A DNA stretch of 64,000 nt, from positions 118,856,001 through 118,920,000 of the forward strand of contig CM059432.1 of the NCBI GenBank assembly GCA_030390025.1. Direction: 5' to 3'. Of this stretch, positions 1 through 13,380 are shown piece by piece. Position 1 is the first letter of the stretch. Every line of letters starts with the position of its first letter. The DNA comes from Squalus acanthias. Taxonomy: Eukaryota. Below the pieces are notes generated by a model. It was not told the origin of the DNA and ran no database searches. It saw nothing but the letters and a program-made list of their open reading frames with translations. The position numbers were made by a program, and so were the translations under genes.

Positions 1-755
1 ATGAACCCCAATGCTTTGTTTGCGCTCTTGAAGGCCTTATCAACTTGTATTGCTACTATTAATGCTTTATGTATCTGCATTCCAAGATCTCTTTGCTCCT
101 CTGCCCTATTTAGTTTCTTATCTTCCAAGGAATAAATGAAAATGAACCACTTCACACTTTACTATATTGAATTTAATTTGCCATTTATCCGTCAACTCTG
201 CAAGCTTCTTTATGTCTTCCTGTATTTTGCTGCAGTCCTCCACATTATTAGCTATACCCACAATTTGGTATCAAATTAAGTCTCAGCTTTAGCTCTATGG
301 TAGCGTGGTTCTGCATTCAACTACCACTCCACAGACTTGAGCGTATAACGTAGCTGACACTGCAGTGCAGTACTAAACCAACAGCACTAAAAAAATTAGA
401 TGATCTGGTCAGTATCTCAGTGCTGTTTATGGAACCTTGCTGTGCAACAGTGATTACAGGTCAAAAGTGCTTCATTGTCTGTAAATTGCTTTGGAACATC
501 CTGATGTTGTGAAAGGCACAATATAAATTTCTACTCCAAACTTCTGAGTCCAAATCATTTACGTATATGGTGAACAAGAGTGATCGTAGCATGGATCCCT
601 GCAGGATCCCACTTTCTGCCAATCCAAGAAAATTCCCTTAACTCCTACCCTCCATTTTCTATTTTGTAGTCATCTTTCATTCCATTCTGCTATTTGACCC
701 CTGACTCCACACTTCCTGACCTTTGTCATGAATGTTTTTATGGTACCTTTTGGTA
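1..755 (-). mobile_element. Old degraded CR1 LINE RT fragment (interrupted by a DeuSINE)
   Basis: Minus-strand remnants of KVP, GxxQGS, DTK and ANKALGFI motifs in RT order. Confidence 0.6.
280..530 (+). mobile_element. Degenerate Deu-domain SINE (SacSINE1/AmnSINE1-like)
   Basis: Similar to the 39575 copy, with internal deletion; ends gtgaaaggcacaatataaat. Confidence 0.65.
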
Positions 756-756
756 T

Positions 757-1569
757 CAGCTTGGGCTGATTAGTGGCAAGTAACATTCGCGCCACACAAG
801 TGCCAGGCAATGACTATAGCCAACAAGCGAGCGTCTAACCACTGCCCCTTGACATTCAACGGCATTACCATCACCGAATCCCCCACCATCAACATCCTGG
901 GGGTCACCATTGACCAGAAACTTAACTGGACCAGGCACATAAATACTGTGGCAACAAGATCAGGTCAGAGGATGGGTATACTACAGTGAGTGTCTCACCT
1001 CCTGAATCCCCAAAGCCTTTCCACCATCTACAAGGCACAAGTCAAGAGTGTGATGGAATATTCTCCACTTCCTGGATGAGTGCAGCTCCAACAACACTCA
1101 AGAAGCTCAACACCATCCAAGACAAAGCAGCCCACTTGATTGGCACCCCATCCACCATCTTAAACATTCACTCCCTCCACCACCGGCGTACCGTGGCTGC
1201 AGTGTGAACCATCTACAAGATGCACTGCAGCAACTCGCCAAGGCTTCTTCGGCAGCACCTCCTAAACTCGTGACCTCTACCATCTAGAAGAACAAGGGCA
1301 GCAAGCACATTGGGAACACCACCATCTCCAAGTTCCCCTCCAAGTCACACACCATCCTGACTTTGAAGTATATCGCCGTTCCTTCATCGTCGCTGGGTCA
1401 AAATCCTCGAACTCCCTCCCTAACAGCACTGTGGGAGTACCTTCACCACACGGACTGCAGCAGTTCAATAAGGCAGCTCACCACCACCTTCTCACGGGCA
1501 ACTAGGGATGGGCAATAAAGGCTGGCCTTGCTAGCGACGCCCACATCCCATGAACGAATTAAAAAAAAA
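757..1569 (+). mobile_element. 5'-truncated CR1-group LINE ('family A'), 3' end with A-tail
   Basis: RT C-terminal motifs (GVTIDQKLNWT, WMSAAPTTLKKL); 3' UTR gggatgggcaataa...cccacatcccatgaacgaatt(A)n shared with other copies in the window. Confidence 0.88.
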
Positions 1570-1830
1570 CATGTGAGGAGACCCAAACTGGACACAGTAT
1601 TCTAAGTGAGGCCTGACCAAGGTCTTGTACAAGGACAAAATAGTGTGCCTCATTTTATAATCAATTGTCCTATGAATGTACCCCAACACCCTATTCACTC
1701 TAGCTATCACTTCACGACATTACTCATGTAACTTTAGAGATCTATTCACTAGAACTCCCAGATCTCTTTCTTTCTCCACCTTCTTCAATGCTTTTTCCAT
1801 CTTCTTTAATGCTTTTATCTTGCTCATCAC
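1570..1830 (-). mobile_element. Old CR1 fragment
   Basis: Minus strand reads LYKTLVRPHLEYCVQFG. Confidence 0.6.
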
Positions 1831-2544
1831 TTAGTAGCCCTATCTCTATCTTAATTTTTATTTGTAAGGGGAAAAAGTAATTTTCTTAACTCTTTGGCTC
1901 CCACAGGAGCCATTTCAACTAGAGTAGGTAATCAATCTCCTGCAGGACCAAGTACCATACTCTAGTGAAGATTTTGAGCCTTTAGAAGGCCTCAGTTGAA
2001 CTCATGCCAGATCTCAACCATAAGGTTTCACTGAGGCATTTCAAGAGGATAAAGGGAGGAACTTCCTGGGGAAGTTCGGTAACTCTTCCGCCCCCCCACC
2101 CCACCAAACTTGCCCCTTTGACATGAAGGAGGGGAGCATAAGGAGATGATCTGCCCATGGCTCCCCCGACCAATCACAATGAGACAGAATCATAGGGGAA
2201 CCAGCATCCAGCCCATATTCTGCCTCATTGCGAGCAGACCTGGATATCTGGAAAATCCCCACAACAAAAGCTTTCTTCACAATATAACACTACATTCAAC
2301 TAATTTTTCCCACTCTCTTTAATTTGTTTTTAAGACTGATTAATACAAGTTGCTTTTATAGTCACTAATGGTGGTTTACTGAAGAAACTTATCACTGAAT
2401 GTGAGGATACAATGTAACATGGATGTCAAGTCCTGATCCTCACACCTCAGCACACTAAAGTTAAGTGGTGTGAAATTCCTGTCTGTCTCAAATTGATCGG
2501 AGCTCTGACCAATTGCAGTATAACTCCAACCTGATGCAAAGCTA

Positions 2545-2780
2545 GAAATAAATTACATTTATGTAGCTCCTTAGCATGTCCTCAAAACATCCAAAGTGCT
2601 TTACAAGATGTAGACTACTTTTTGAAATGCAGTCATTATCATTATTCAGACAAACACAGCAGACAATATGCACAACACAGATCTCCACAAACACCAAATA
2701 AATGTGTAACCACAAGTCTGTATTTGGTTGAGGGAAGAAAATTGGCCAGGACATTAGGAGAACTCCCTGCTCCTATTATG
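2545..2780 (-). mobile_element. DeuSINE 3' half, degenerate
   Basis: Reverse complement resembles the 39575 SINE (ctggccaat...ccctcaacca...aaagcactttgggatg...). Confidence 0.65.
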
Positions 2781-3196
2781 TGCTCAATTCCATATTGGGG
2801 CTTGGACCCACTGTCTATTGGGTTGCTTGGGAACTTTTCAAATATTGCATTGAGTCTTTTTAATATTAAGGCAAAATGAATGTTGCAGCTTGAGCTCTTC
2901 TAACATTAAACATTCAGCATCAAAAAGAGTGCAGCTCTTTGCACACAATAAACTAAGCAACTGCAGAGCTCTGGTGTGAGTGAGGCCAACCTGCAATAGA
3001 ATGAAGGTCTCCAAACTCCACATCGCAGCCAGCAGGCGCCAGTGTTGGATCACTAGCTGTGGTATAACCGTAGCTCCGTTTGACCTCTGCCTTCTTTGGT
3101 TGTAAAGCTTTTTCAGTAATTATATATATTGGCTCCAACCTTATTGTTGAAAGTATCAGGAATCCTGTTAACTCCTTGTTCGTCAAGTAAAATATT

Positions 3197-3953
3197 GGGC
3201 CAGAAATTCGGTTTTCCGGCTTCCTGCGGGTGCAAGCATCGCGCGCGTACTTACCTACCGCGCCTGCCGTTGTGTTTTGGGCCCACGAGAACTTCGGGTC
3301 CTGGGCCTCCTCCAGCTGCCAGCGCGCAGTGCTTGCATGTCCCGGGGCGCAGTTAGTTCGAAGCGTCCCCTGGGATCACGTGGGCCATGGAGAGCCAATC
3401 CTAGCAGGGCATTTTCATTCATAGATTTGACAGGAAGACCTGTCAAATCTATGAATTGAAATCGGCCCCAAAACCACACTTAAACTTCAAATAAATGTAA
3501 AAAAAAAACTCACATTTTTAAAATAACTATAAGTTAAATAAATTAACTACTTTAAACAAAAATTTAAATTTTTGAAAAAATGTAAATACTTTTTAACGGT
3601 GCTAAAAATAAACTTACCTTTCTTTAAAGTACCTAAAAAAGATAAACCTGTTGAAAAAAATTTTAAATTGTAATTAATTAACCACTTACCTTGTTAAAAA
3701 CGGGACTTGCGCCTCCTTTTTAAAAGCGCAGCTTCTTCCATACTTACCTTCCCGGAGAAACCTGAAAAAAAACCGAAGTTCGCTGCGTGCGCGCAGCCTC
3801 TCCCACGCATGCGGTTCACCTCTGAACCCCTCCCTTCACGAGACCAGAAGTTCCGGTTTCATGCGCAGTGCATGCAGGAAACCGGCACTTCAAGTGGCCT
3901 TATGGGTGAGTACACAGCGCGTACTCACCTGACAAGCGCCGAATTTCTGGGCC
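3197..3953. mobile_element. PIF/Harbinger-type MITE, family M1
   Basis: TIRs gggccagaaattcgg / ccgaatttctgggcc; GC-rich arms with AT-rich centre; homologous to the copies at 12577, 23935 and 46302. Confidence 0.85.
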
Positions 3954-4112
3954 ATCATTTTTTTAGTGTCCAATCAGTAAGTCCAACTCACCATTACACA
4001 CCCCTCCCCGCTAAACTAAAGCTATTAGGAACAGTAACCATCACAAGTGAATTCAGATGGACTGACACCACATAACCATTATTACTAATTTAATGCTGGT
4101 TAGCATATCTGG

Positions 4113-4482
4113 TTCTTTTTAAAAATTTGTTCATGGGATGTGGGCATCGCTGGCAAGGCTAGCATTTATTGCCCATCCCTAATTACCCTTGAGAAGGTGG
4201 TGGTGAGCCGCCTTCTTAAACCGTTGCAGTCCGTCTTCTTTGTAGTGGTTCGGTACAACTGAATGGCTTGCTAGGCCATTTCAGAGGGCACTTAAGAGTC
4301 AACCACATTGCTGTGGGTCTGGAGTCACATATAGGCCAGACCAGGTAAAGACAGCTTCATGGTCACCATTAATCATACTAGCTTTTTATTCCAGATTTAA
4401 TTAACTGAACTTAAATTCCCCAGCTGCCGTGGTGGGATTTGAACTCATGTCTCCGGATCATTAGTCCAGGCCTCTGGATTAC
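4113..4482 (-). mobile_element. tRNA-headed SINE sharing 5' body and 3' tail with family A LINE
   Basis: B-box-like GAGTTCAAATCCC on the minus strand; body matches 28608-28722; tail matches the family A 3' UTR. Confidence 0.8.
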
Positions 4483-4574
4483 TCCTGCTCCTTCTGACTC
4501 CAAAATACTAAAACATTTTCAAGTTTTGGGGTCCTTTTTGAGTGGCCTCCAGTGGACCCTTTAAGAATTTATTA

Positions 4575-5110
4575 GCCTGATATCAGGGATGAGATGCTTT
4601 AGTAATGATGAAAGGCTAGTGAAACTGGGAGATTTTCGTCTTCACTGCCTGAGCTGTAATCTATTGGGCCAGATCGCCCACCCTTTCTAGAAAATCAGAC
4701 GGGTTTTATAAGATGAAAATCAACCCCATAATCTTTACAATTGAACAGAGAAAATTCAGAGGAGATCTGATGGAGGTGTTCAAAATCAAGCAGAATTTTG
4801 ATAAAGTAAATAGGGAAAGCTATTTCCACTGGTTAGTGAATGAATAACTAGAGACCATAAATTTAAAATTGTCACCAAATAAATGAAAGGAGAGGTTACA
4901 AGATGTCTATTCCTCACGGAGGGTTGCTGGGACAAGGAATGCCCTACCAGAAACAATGAGAAAAGTAGAATCCATAAAGGCTTGTAAAAGAGAATTGGAT
5001 AAATATTTGACGGTATGGGGAAAGAGCAGTGAAATGGAATGAAGCAGATAGTTCTTTCATAGAGCTAGCACAGAAACAATGGCCTGAATGGTCTCCTTTT
5101 CTGCTATAAA
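4575..5110 (+). mobile_element. Old CR1 3' fragment with a small TIR-like insert near 4627-4726
   Basis: RGDLMEVFKI motif and degenerate CR1 3' UTR (ggcctgaatggtctccttttctgcta). Confidence 0.65.
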
Positions 5111-5429
5111 ATTCTGTGAGATTCTATCAAATTTTGGAGCCGCTTGTCACTAGCTATTTGCAGGCATCTCAGACCTATGTTAGCTTGGCTTACCATCTTT
5201 ACTGTTCCACAGTTTCTATTCTTTTTGTTCAGAATGAAGTAGATATTAATATCATTGGTTTTATGTTGATTGCCACATATGAAAAAAGTTATCATCTCAA
5301 TTCTCATTTTCATGGCAACTCCGTGTTTTTGGCTGTGATATTGCTTCTTGCTCTTCACAAGATATCTTCCACTGAACTAATGTCTTCCATGGTGTCTAAA
5401 TCTCTTTAACCTGTTTCAAATCAGTCAGT

Positions 5430-5881
5430 GGAGGAAAAATTGGGTTGCTTTGCGCCTCCCGTTAGTGTCTCCCATGAAATTCAGCGGGAGGTTAGTGGCG
5501 GCGGTAGCGCCCCGGCCGCAAACTTCAGCTGCGCCCCCTGACCTATCGCCGGACGATATGCCCGACAGGGTCAGGGTGGCGTTTTTGCAGCCATGGTGGC
5601 GGTATTTAAAGGGGCAGGTGTTGGGCGGCCATTTTTTTTTCTGGCTGCCTGCCAGCACCTGCCCTCTTCCCCTCTTTTGTTCTATTTGGGGTGCCGGCCA
5701 CAATCGATCAGCCCGTCACTCCTCTTGAGTGCTGGGTTGCTTTCCCGGTGCGTGCAACGCTAGGCCCTTCCCGTTTAATCAGGGGAGGGAGGCCTGCAAT
5801 ACCGTGGCGCTACGTGCCGACGCGCATTGGTGCCCGGCGAAGTTAGTGCCCCAAAGGGGGCGCCACAGAATTTTTCCCCCC
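5430..5881. mobile_element. GC-rich Harbinger-type MITE (related to 16442-17175)
   Basis: Termini ggaggaaaaattgggt / gaatttttccccc; internal aaattcagcggg...ttagtggcggcggta shared with the 16442 element. Confidence 0.7.
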
Positions 5882-6629
5882 AGTGTCTTTCTAAAACTAA
5901 TCAAAATTACTTACCAACATTGGTAAGGTACCTTATCTCACTTGATCTCTAGGCTCATAAACTGTTGTTGCACATATAGTTCTAAACTGCACAGTGTTCT
6001 TTAATCTTGTGATTCAGGTTTGAAGTATCTTAGCTGTTGTTCTCCAAGTCAAAGCTACCTTCTTTGACTGAATTTAAGAGTTAAATGATGTTGTTCTAGT
6101 TTGCATTGCTCAAATATCACTATTGGGGTAGCTACCTCCAAATTAGAAGATGGCAGCTTAACTGATGGATCAGACATATATGCAACAGATGAAAGAGCAT
6201 CTTTGATGTTATTGAAATTGATTATGTTTGACAGGTGATTAGTTAGTTGAGTAAAACAGAAAGATAAACTGCATACATTGAGATATGTATTTGGAGAAAT
6301 TCACAAGAAATGCAAGCTTCGGTATGAGGCCTAATTTTCCTTATGTTGTTCCAAATAATTAATGTACTTGGATTAACAGTGACCTTCTTTACAAGGTTGC
6401 AAAAAAACACACACTCTGCACGAAAGATACTTAAAAGATTTGGCAGTGCAGTGGATTAGAATTATGTTCTCAAGTTCCTGGTCTTGAATTCCAATCTATT
6501 TTGATGGTTTTAAACTGCTTCCTACAAGGCTCCCATGTGCAATGAATCTGTGTAATCTCTGACTAGTTCCTAATGGGCATGAGCCTAGACCAAAAAAAAA
6601 TTCATATCTTGACTTTAATTGACATGAAT

Positions 6630-7244
6630 GGGGGACTTTTAACCCCCTCCAGTTGGGGGCAATGATGTGGGGGTCGGGGTCGTGGGGGCGGGGGGGGGTT
6701 GCTGCTTTCATTGCATTTCTGGTGCATTCCCGTTCCCTACCATTTTAACGCCTGATTTCAGGTACAGCAAGGCCACTCAGCCAAGGGGAGCATGGCCTGA
6801 TTTCAATGGCATAGTCATGTCCCGAATGCCATTTTAGCTGTGGGCCCAACTAAGGCCCATACATTCTCCAACCCGGCAGCCAGCAGCCTGGCCACAAGAG
6901 GCCCAGGTAAGTGCGAGTTTTTTTAAAATAGGGTCCTCGTGGACCAAGGGGAGGAGGAGTGCTCCTCCTGGCCCAACAAGGATACCCTGGGTCCCTGGAT
7001 CTCTCCTGCCCCGGGATCCCCTCGCTGATCGTGCACTTTCCGATCCCCACCCAACCCCTTACATACTTTGATGGGGTTTGTTTTGTTTCCACGGGTTCCC
7101 AATTGTGGCCTAACCCCCAATGAATTTTGGCTTCAACCTGCCAGCGGTGACATAATTCCCGGACCTCTCACTCCTGGGGTCCGGATGGTTAACCGCCCAC
7201 TTGGCCCCCACAACCCTGATACCCGCCCCGAGTTAAAATAGGGG
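6630..7244. mobile_element. Harbinger-like MITE, degenerate
   Basis: Termini ggggacttttaacccc / cccgagttaaaatagggg; GC-rich interior. Confidence 0.55.
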
Positions 7245-7409
7245 TTTAAGATATTAGTCTCATTAAGATAATTCATAAGGATATTGATAGCTGGCGTGCA
7301 AAATTGAAATATGATTCTAGTGCAATAGCTGGTGTCTTTGGAAGTTGGGGTGATTTTCATTTCAAGCGAACATTTGGGGGGACAGTGGGTGAAGCAATCG
7401 TACCGTTAT

Positions 7410-9170
7410 CTAGCCCACCATGCAAAACTTCCTCTAAGGTTCCCCCCTGCCCTAGCCCTGAACTCACATCTTTCTCCAGTTTCTCTCCGATCTCCCTTCA
7501 TGACCTCTCCGCGCTCATCTTGTCCATGAGACCCACTTCTTGCTCCCTTGACCCTATTCCCATCAAACTGCTGACCACCCAACTTCCTTTTCTGGCTCCC
7601 ATGTTAGCTTACATTGTTAATGGTTCTCTCTCCTCAGGGACTGCCCCTCTCTCCCTCAAATCTGCTGTCATCACCCCTCTCCTCAAAAAAACAACCCTTG
7701 ACCCCTCTGTCCTTGCAAACTACCGCCCCATCTCCAACCTGCAAAGACCTTGAACGTGTTGTCGCCTCACAATTCGTGCCCATCTTTCCCGCAATTCCAT
7801 GTTTGAATCCCTCCAATCAGGTTTCCGCCCCGCCACAGTACCGAAACGGCTCTCATCAAAGTCACAAATGACATCCTTTGTGACAGTGACAAAGGTAAAC
7901 TATCCTCCTCATCCTTCTTGACTTGTCTGCAGCCTTTGACACGGTTGACCACTCCACCCTTCTCCAACGCCTCTCCATCGTTGTCCAGCTGGGTGGGACT
8001 GCACTCGCCTGGGTCCATGCTTATCTATCTAATCGTAACCAGAGAATCACCTGCAACGGCTTCTCTTCCCGCTCCTGCATCGTTACCTCTGGTGTCCCCC
8101 AAGGATCTATCCTTGGCCCCCTCCTATTTCTCATCTACATGCTGCCCCTTGGCGACATCATCCGAAAACACAGCGTCAGTTTCCACATGTACGCTGATGA
8201 CATCTAGCTCTATCTCACTACCACTTCTCTCAACCCCTCCACGGTCTCTAAATTGTCAGACTGCTTGTCCGACTTCCAGTTCTGGATGAGCAGAAATTTT
8301 CTCCAATTAAATATTGGGAAGACCGCAGCCATTGTTTTCGGTCCCCGCCACAAACTCCGTTCCCTAGCCACTGACTTCATCCCTCTCCCTAACATCTGTC
8401 TGAGGCTGAACCACACTGTTCACAACCTTGGTGTCATATTTGACCCGGAAATGACCTTCCGACCACATATCCGCAGCATAACAAAGACCGCCTATTTCCA
8501 CTTCTGTAACATTGTCCGTCTCCACCCTTGCCTCAGCTCATTCGCTGCTGAAGCCCTCCTCCATGACTTTGTTACCTCTATACTTGACTATTCCAATGCA
8601 CTCCTGGCTGGCCTCCCACATTCCACCCTAAGTAAACTTAAGGTCATTCAAAACTTGGCTGCCCGGGGTCCTAACTTGCACCAAGTCCTGTTCACGCATC
8701 ACCACTGTGCTCACTGACCTACATTGGCTCCCGGTTAAGCAACGCCTCGATTTCAAAATTCTCATCCTTGTTTTCAAAACCCTCCATGGCCTCGCCCCTC
8801 CCTATCTCTGTAATCTCCTTCAGCCCCACAACCCCCCGAGATATCTGCTCTCCTCTAATTCTGCCCTCTTGAGCATCCCTGATTATAATCGCTCAACTAT
8901 TGGTGGCCATGCCTTCTGTTGCCTCGGCCCTAAGCTCTGGAATTCCCTGCCTAAACCTCTCCGCCTCGCTACCTCTCTTTCCTCCTTTAAGATGCTCCTT
9001 AAAACCTACCTCTTTGACCAAGCTTTTGGTCACCTGCCCTAATTTCTCCTTCGGAGGCTCAGTGTCAAACCTTTTGTCTTTTAATACTCCTGTGAAGCAC
9101 CTTGGGACGTTTTACTATGTTAAAGGCGCTATATAAATACACGTTGTTGATCCTGTTGTTGTTGTTGTCA
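7410..9170 (+). mobile_element. L2-clade LINE, 5'-truncated, disrupted RT
   Basis: ORF fragments SCSLDPIP, NYRPISNL, DLSAAFDTVDH, GVPQGSILGPLLF, YADD, LHWLPV, KTYLF; tail aaggcgctatataaat + (gtt)n. Confidence 0.92.
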
Positions 9171-10059
9171 GCCCAATGTCACTCCTGCGAGACCCAATTG
9201 ATTTGGTGACCAAGCCTTGCTTAAATAAAATCAATGAGCTGCCAGCACGAAAGTAGCATCTCACTGATCCGAGGGGATGGGAAGTCTAGCAGGCTCACCA
9301 CAGAGTCGGGCTTGCAGGGAGACCTTAAAGAAAAGCGTAGGCCACAGCGGAGGAGGGGAGTCCGCAGAGGAGCGGACAGCAGGCGGGACAGGTTTTATGG
9401 AGCCAGGAGGAGCATTCATGCTCTTCTTGACCTGAGCAGCCTCCAGTGGTCCCTCCATAGACTTAAGCTCATCCAAAACTCTGCTGCCCGTATCGTAACT
9501 CGCACCAAGACCCATTTACACCTGATCCCTGTGCTCGCCAGTGCACCATGCTCTACCATCATTAGAGATGAGGCCAGCCCATTAGATCAATGAGCAATGC
9601 CATGGCAGATCAACTAGTATGGCTATGATAGCATTGTCCTGTCCTCTTGTGCAGTGTTGTCAAGTTAAACCCACTGAAGCAAATGGGAAAGGCAGAGCAT
9701 AACGAGAATATGTGCCATGCAAAATGTATTTGCACCGTGAAATATTGAGCAAACCCATTTTTGCAATGCAATAGTCATAGAATTTAGCTCCTAGGATGCT
9801 GTTTTATCCAATTATTATGTATACTATTCAATTGTGCTTGGTTATAATGTACTGAATGCACTAAAAATAAATCAGATGTCACAATAGAAGCTTCCACTGA
9901 AGATGGCGTTTTATAAAGAACCCCATCTGTGGCAGAATTATCACCCACTGTGCTGCATTGTACATCGATAATCACCAGCAAGTACTTAAAATAGTACAGG
10001 ATAATAATGCTGGTTGGATTATATGTTTTGTTACTTCAGTACTTTTGTTTCTTCCCAAT

Positions 10060-10340
10060 TTTCCCCCCTCTCCTGAGAAAGCACAAACAATTATTGTGGG
10101 GTGAGCCTAAATGGTGAGTGTTAGCAGGCTATTTAACCATGGGGACATCACAGCCAAGCCCACCTCTGTCGTCATCTGACATTCAAGGGTCACTGGATAC
10201 CGAGTTTCCCACATGATTGTTCCCTCTTTTTAAAGAGGAACTGAGACCAATAGTAGGATCCCATCTATGGCCTTGGCTGCAAATGGCTAACATAGCCCAG
10301 ACCAGGCATTGAACCTGGCATCTTTCCTGAGAGTAAGGCT
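10060..10340 (-). mobile_element. Degenerate tRNA-derived SINE (same family as 52690-52910)
   Basis: Minus-strand ccaggttcaatgcctggtctgggctatgttagcc head resembles tggtttgatccc...tgtgcttagttagcc at 52725. Confidence 0.45.
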
Positions 10341-10754
10341 CAATATCATAAAGGGTGGTACATTTGCCTTTGAAGTTATAGCGACAGCTTTCTTTTTTTG
10401 TTATTTTACCGAGAGGTTGCCACTTCAAAATCTCCTTGCTAACAGACATTTTTTCTATGACCCAGTGCAGCAAAAGGTATTATTTTGAACTGTGCTTCCT
10501 TGCCCGGCACGAACGCACTTTAAGGATTTCGGTGTGCGCTGCACACGATGTTCTAACCATTTATTTAGTGGCTTCTACTGACAAAATTCACTCAATAAAC
10601 AAGTTATTTTAATATAATGAAAATATTGAAGATACAGATATGTGAAAATTTGACAATAGAATCTTATTAAGATATGCATGTTGGACTAAACTATCAGCCT
10701 TGATTCAGTGGTAGCACTCTCCCCGCAGAGTCAGAAGATTGTGGGTTCAAGCAC

Positions 10755-11622
10755 CACTTCTCATCTATTTGTCCTATTTGTCATCTACATGCTGCCCCTC
10801 GGTGACATTATCTGAAAACACAATGTTAGGTTCTACGTGTACACTGACGACACCCAGATCTACCTCACCACTACCTCTCTCGACCCCTCCACTGTCTCTG
10901 ATTTGTCACAATGCTTGTGCAACATCCAGTCCTGGATGAGCAGATATGTCCTCCAACTAAATATTGAGAAGACCAAAGCCATTGTCTTTGGTGCTCGCCA
11001 CAAACTTCGGTCTCTAACCACCGACTCCATCCCTCTCTCTGAGGCTGAACCAGACCATTCACAACCTTGGCCCTGAGACGAGCTTCCAACCACATATCCA
11101 CTCGATTACCAAGACCGCCTACTTCCATCTCCATAACATCGTTCGTCTCCGCCCCTGACTCAGCTCAGCTTCTGATGAAATCTTCATCTATGCCTTTGTT
11201 ACCTGTAGACTTGACTATTCCAATGCCTTCCTGGCCGAGCTCCCGTCTTCCCCGCTTCATGAGCTTGAGCTCATCCAAAGCTCTGCTAGCCATATCCTAA
11301 CTTGCACCAAGTCCTGTTCATCCATCGCCCCTGTGCTCTCTGACCTACATTTGCTCCCGGTCCGGCAACACTTCGATTTTTAAATTCTCATCCTTGTCTT
11401 CAAATCCCTCCATGGCCTCACCCTCCTTATCTCTGTAACCTTCTCCAGCTCTAAAACCCTCCGAGATCTCTGCGCTCCTCCAATTCTGACCTCTTGTGTA
11501 TCCCTGATTTTAATCGCTCCACCATTGGTGGCTGTACCTTCAGCTGCCTGGACCCTAGGCTCTGGAAATACCTCCCTAAGTCTCTCGGCCTCTCTACCTC
11601 TCCTCCTTTAAGATGCTCCTTA
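10755..11622 (+). mobile_element. L2 LINE 3' fragment
   Basis: YTDDTQIY and LQLNIEKT motifs; homologous to 8130-9000. Confidence 0.85.
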
Positions 11623-12491
11623 TAGGTCGTGTTTATTTCCAACACCAGATCTCTGATAGTTCACCTTGAAGGTAACGCCTGATTTCTGATTGGTCCCCTT
11701 GGAGGACAAGACACGCCTAGCAGTTTCTCTGGAATGTGTAATTAGATCCTGCCTGCCTAAGTAATTTTTTTTTATTCGTTCCTGGGATGTGGACCTTGCT
11801 GGCAAGGCCAGCATTTATTGCCCATCCCTAATTGCCCTTGAGAAGGTGCAGAGAACTGCCTTCTTGAACCACTGCAGTCCATGGGGTGAAGGTACTCCCA
11901 CAGTGCTGTTAGGGAGGGAGTTCCAGGATTTTGACCCAGCAACGATGAAGGAACGGCAATATATTTCCAAGCCAGGATGGTGTATAACTTGATGGGGAAC
12001 TTGGAGGTGATAGTGTTCCCAAGCGCCTGCTTCCCTTGTCCTTCCAGGTGGTAGAGGTCGCGGGTTTGGGAGGTACTGTTGAAGAAGCCTTGGTGAGTTG
12101 CTGCTGTGCATCTTGTAGATGGTACACACTGCAGCCACGGTGAGCCGGTGGTGGAGGGAGTGAATGTTTAAGGTGGTGGATGGGGTGCAAATCAAGCGGG
12201 CTGCTTTGTCATGGATAGCGTCGAGCGTCTTGAGTGTTGTTGGAGCTGCACTCATCCAGGCAAGTGGGGAGTATTCCATCACACTCCTGACTTGTGCCTT
12301 GTAGATGGTGGAAAGGCTTTGGGGAGTCAAAAGGTGAGACACTCGCCACAGAATACCCAGCCTCTGAGCTGCTCTTGTTGCCACAGTATTTATGTGGCTG
12401 ATCCAGTTAAGTTTCTGGTCAATGGTGATCCCCAGGATGTTGATGGTGGGGGATTCGACGATGGTAATGCCGTTGAATGTCAGGGGGTGGT

Positions 12492-13380
12492 TGTGATATC
12501 TTGGGATACAGCATATATATACAACTGCACAACATGGCTTCTGCTAAGAACTGCACTGCCCATGTGCTTTATTATTGGGCCAAAAATTCAGGTCGGAGAC
12601 TTCCCGCGGGTGCAAGCCCCCAACCTGCATTTACCGAGCACGCCTGCCGTTGTGCTGTGGGCCCGCGTGGGATTCCGATCCTGGGCCTCCTCCAGCTGCC
12701 GGTGTGCAGTGCTCGTGTATCCCAGGGGCGCAGTTCGTTCGAAGCGTCCCCTGGGATCACGTGGGCCATGGAGAGCCAATTGGAGCAGGGAATCTCCACT
12801 CATAGATTTGACAGGAACATCTGTCAAATCTATGAATAGAGGTCGGCCCCAAAACCTAACTAAAACTTCAAATACATTTTTTAAAAAAACATCACATTTT
12901 TAAAATAACTATAAATTACATAAATTAACTATTTTAAACAAAAATTTTAATTTTTGAAAAAATGAATTACAGTTTTTAACAGGGCTAAAAATAAACTTAC
13001 CTTTCTTTAAAGTATTTAAAAAAGATAAACCTGTGGAAAAAATGTTTAAATTTTACTTTATTCACCACTTACCTTGTTTAAAGCAGGCCTTGCGCCTGCT
13101 TTTTCCCGGCACAGCTGCTAGTGACTTACCCTCACAGAGAAGCCTGAAAAAAAAGCAGAAGTCCGATGCGTGCACGCTGCCTCTCCGGCACACACATTTG
13201 ACCTCCGAACCCCTTCCTTCAAGGGAACAGAAGTTCCGGTTTCCAGCGGATGCGCAGTGCATGCGCGAAACCGGCACTTTCATTGGGTCTACGGGTGAGT
13301 ACACAGCGCGTACTCACCCGTGGAGACCCAAATTTCTGGCCCATTATATACGTCAGTAGTCACCAGGTGACGCTATTACA
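12492..13380 (-). repeat. 3' LTR of the Gypsy element (~120 bp net; split by MITE 12577-13342)
   Basis: Minus strand TGTAATAG...TATCACA; polypurine tract aataaggagggagaag immediately upstream (13381-13396). Confidence 0.88.
12577..13342. mobile_element. Harbinger-type MITE family M1 inserted in 3' LTR
   Basis: TIRs gggccaaaaatt / aatttctggccc; 3-bp TSD ATT on both sides. Confidence 0.9.

Noticed and set aside
5430..5881. CpG island/promoter (also 16442-17175)
   Set aside because: The GC-rich sequence is bounded by TIRs and recurs as a MITE.
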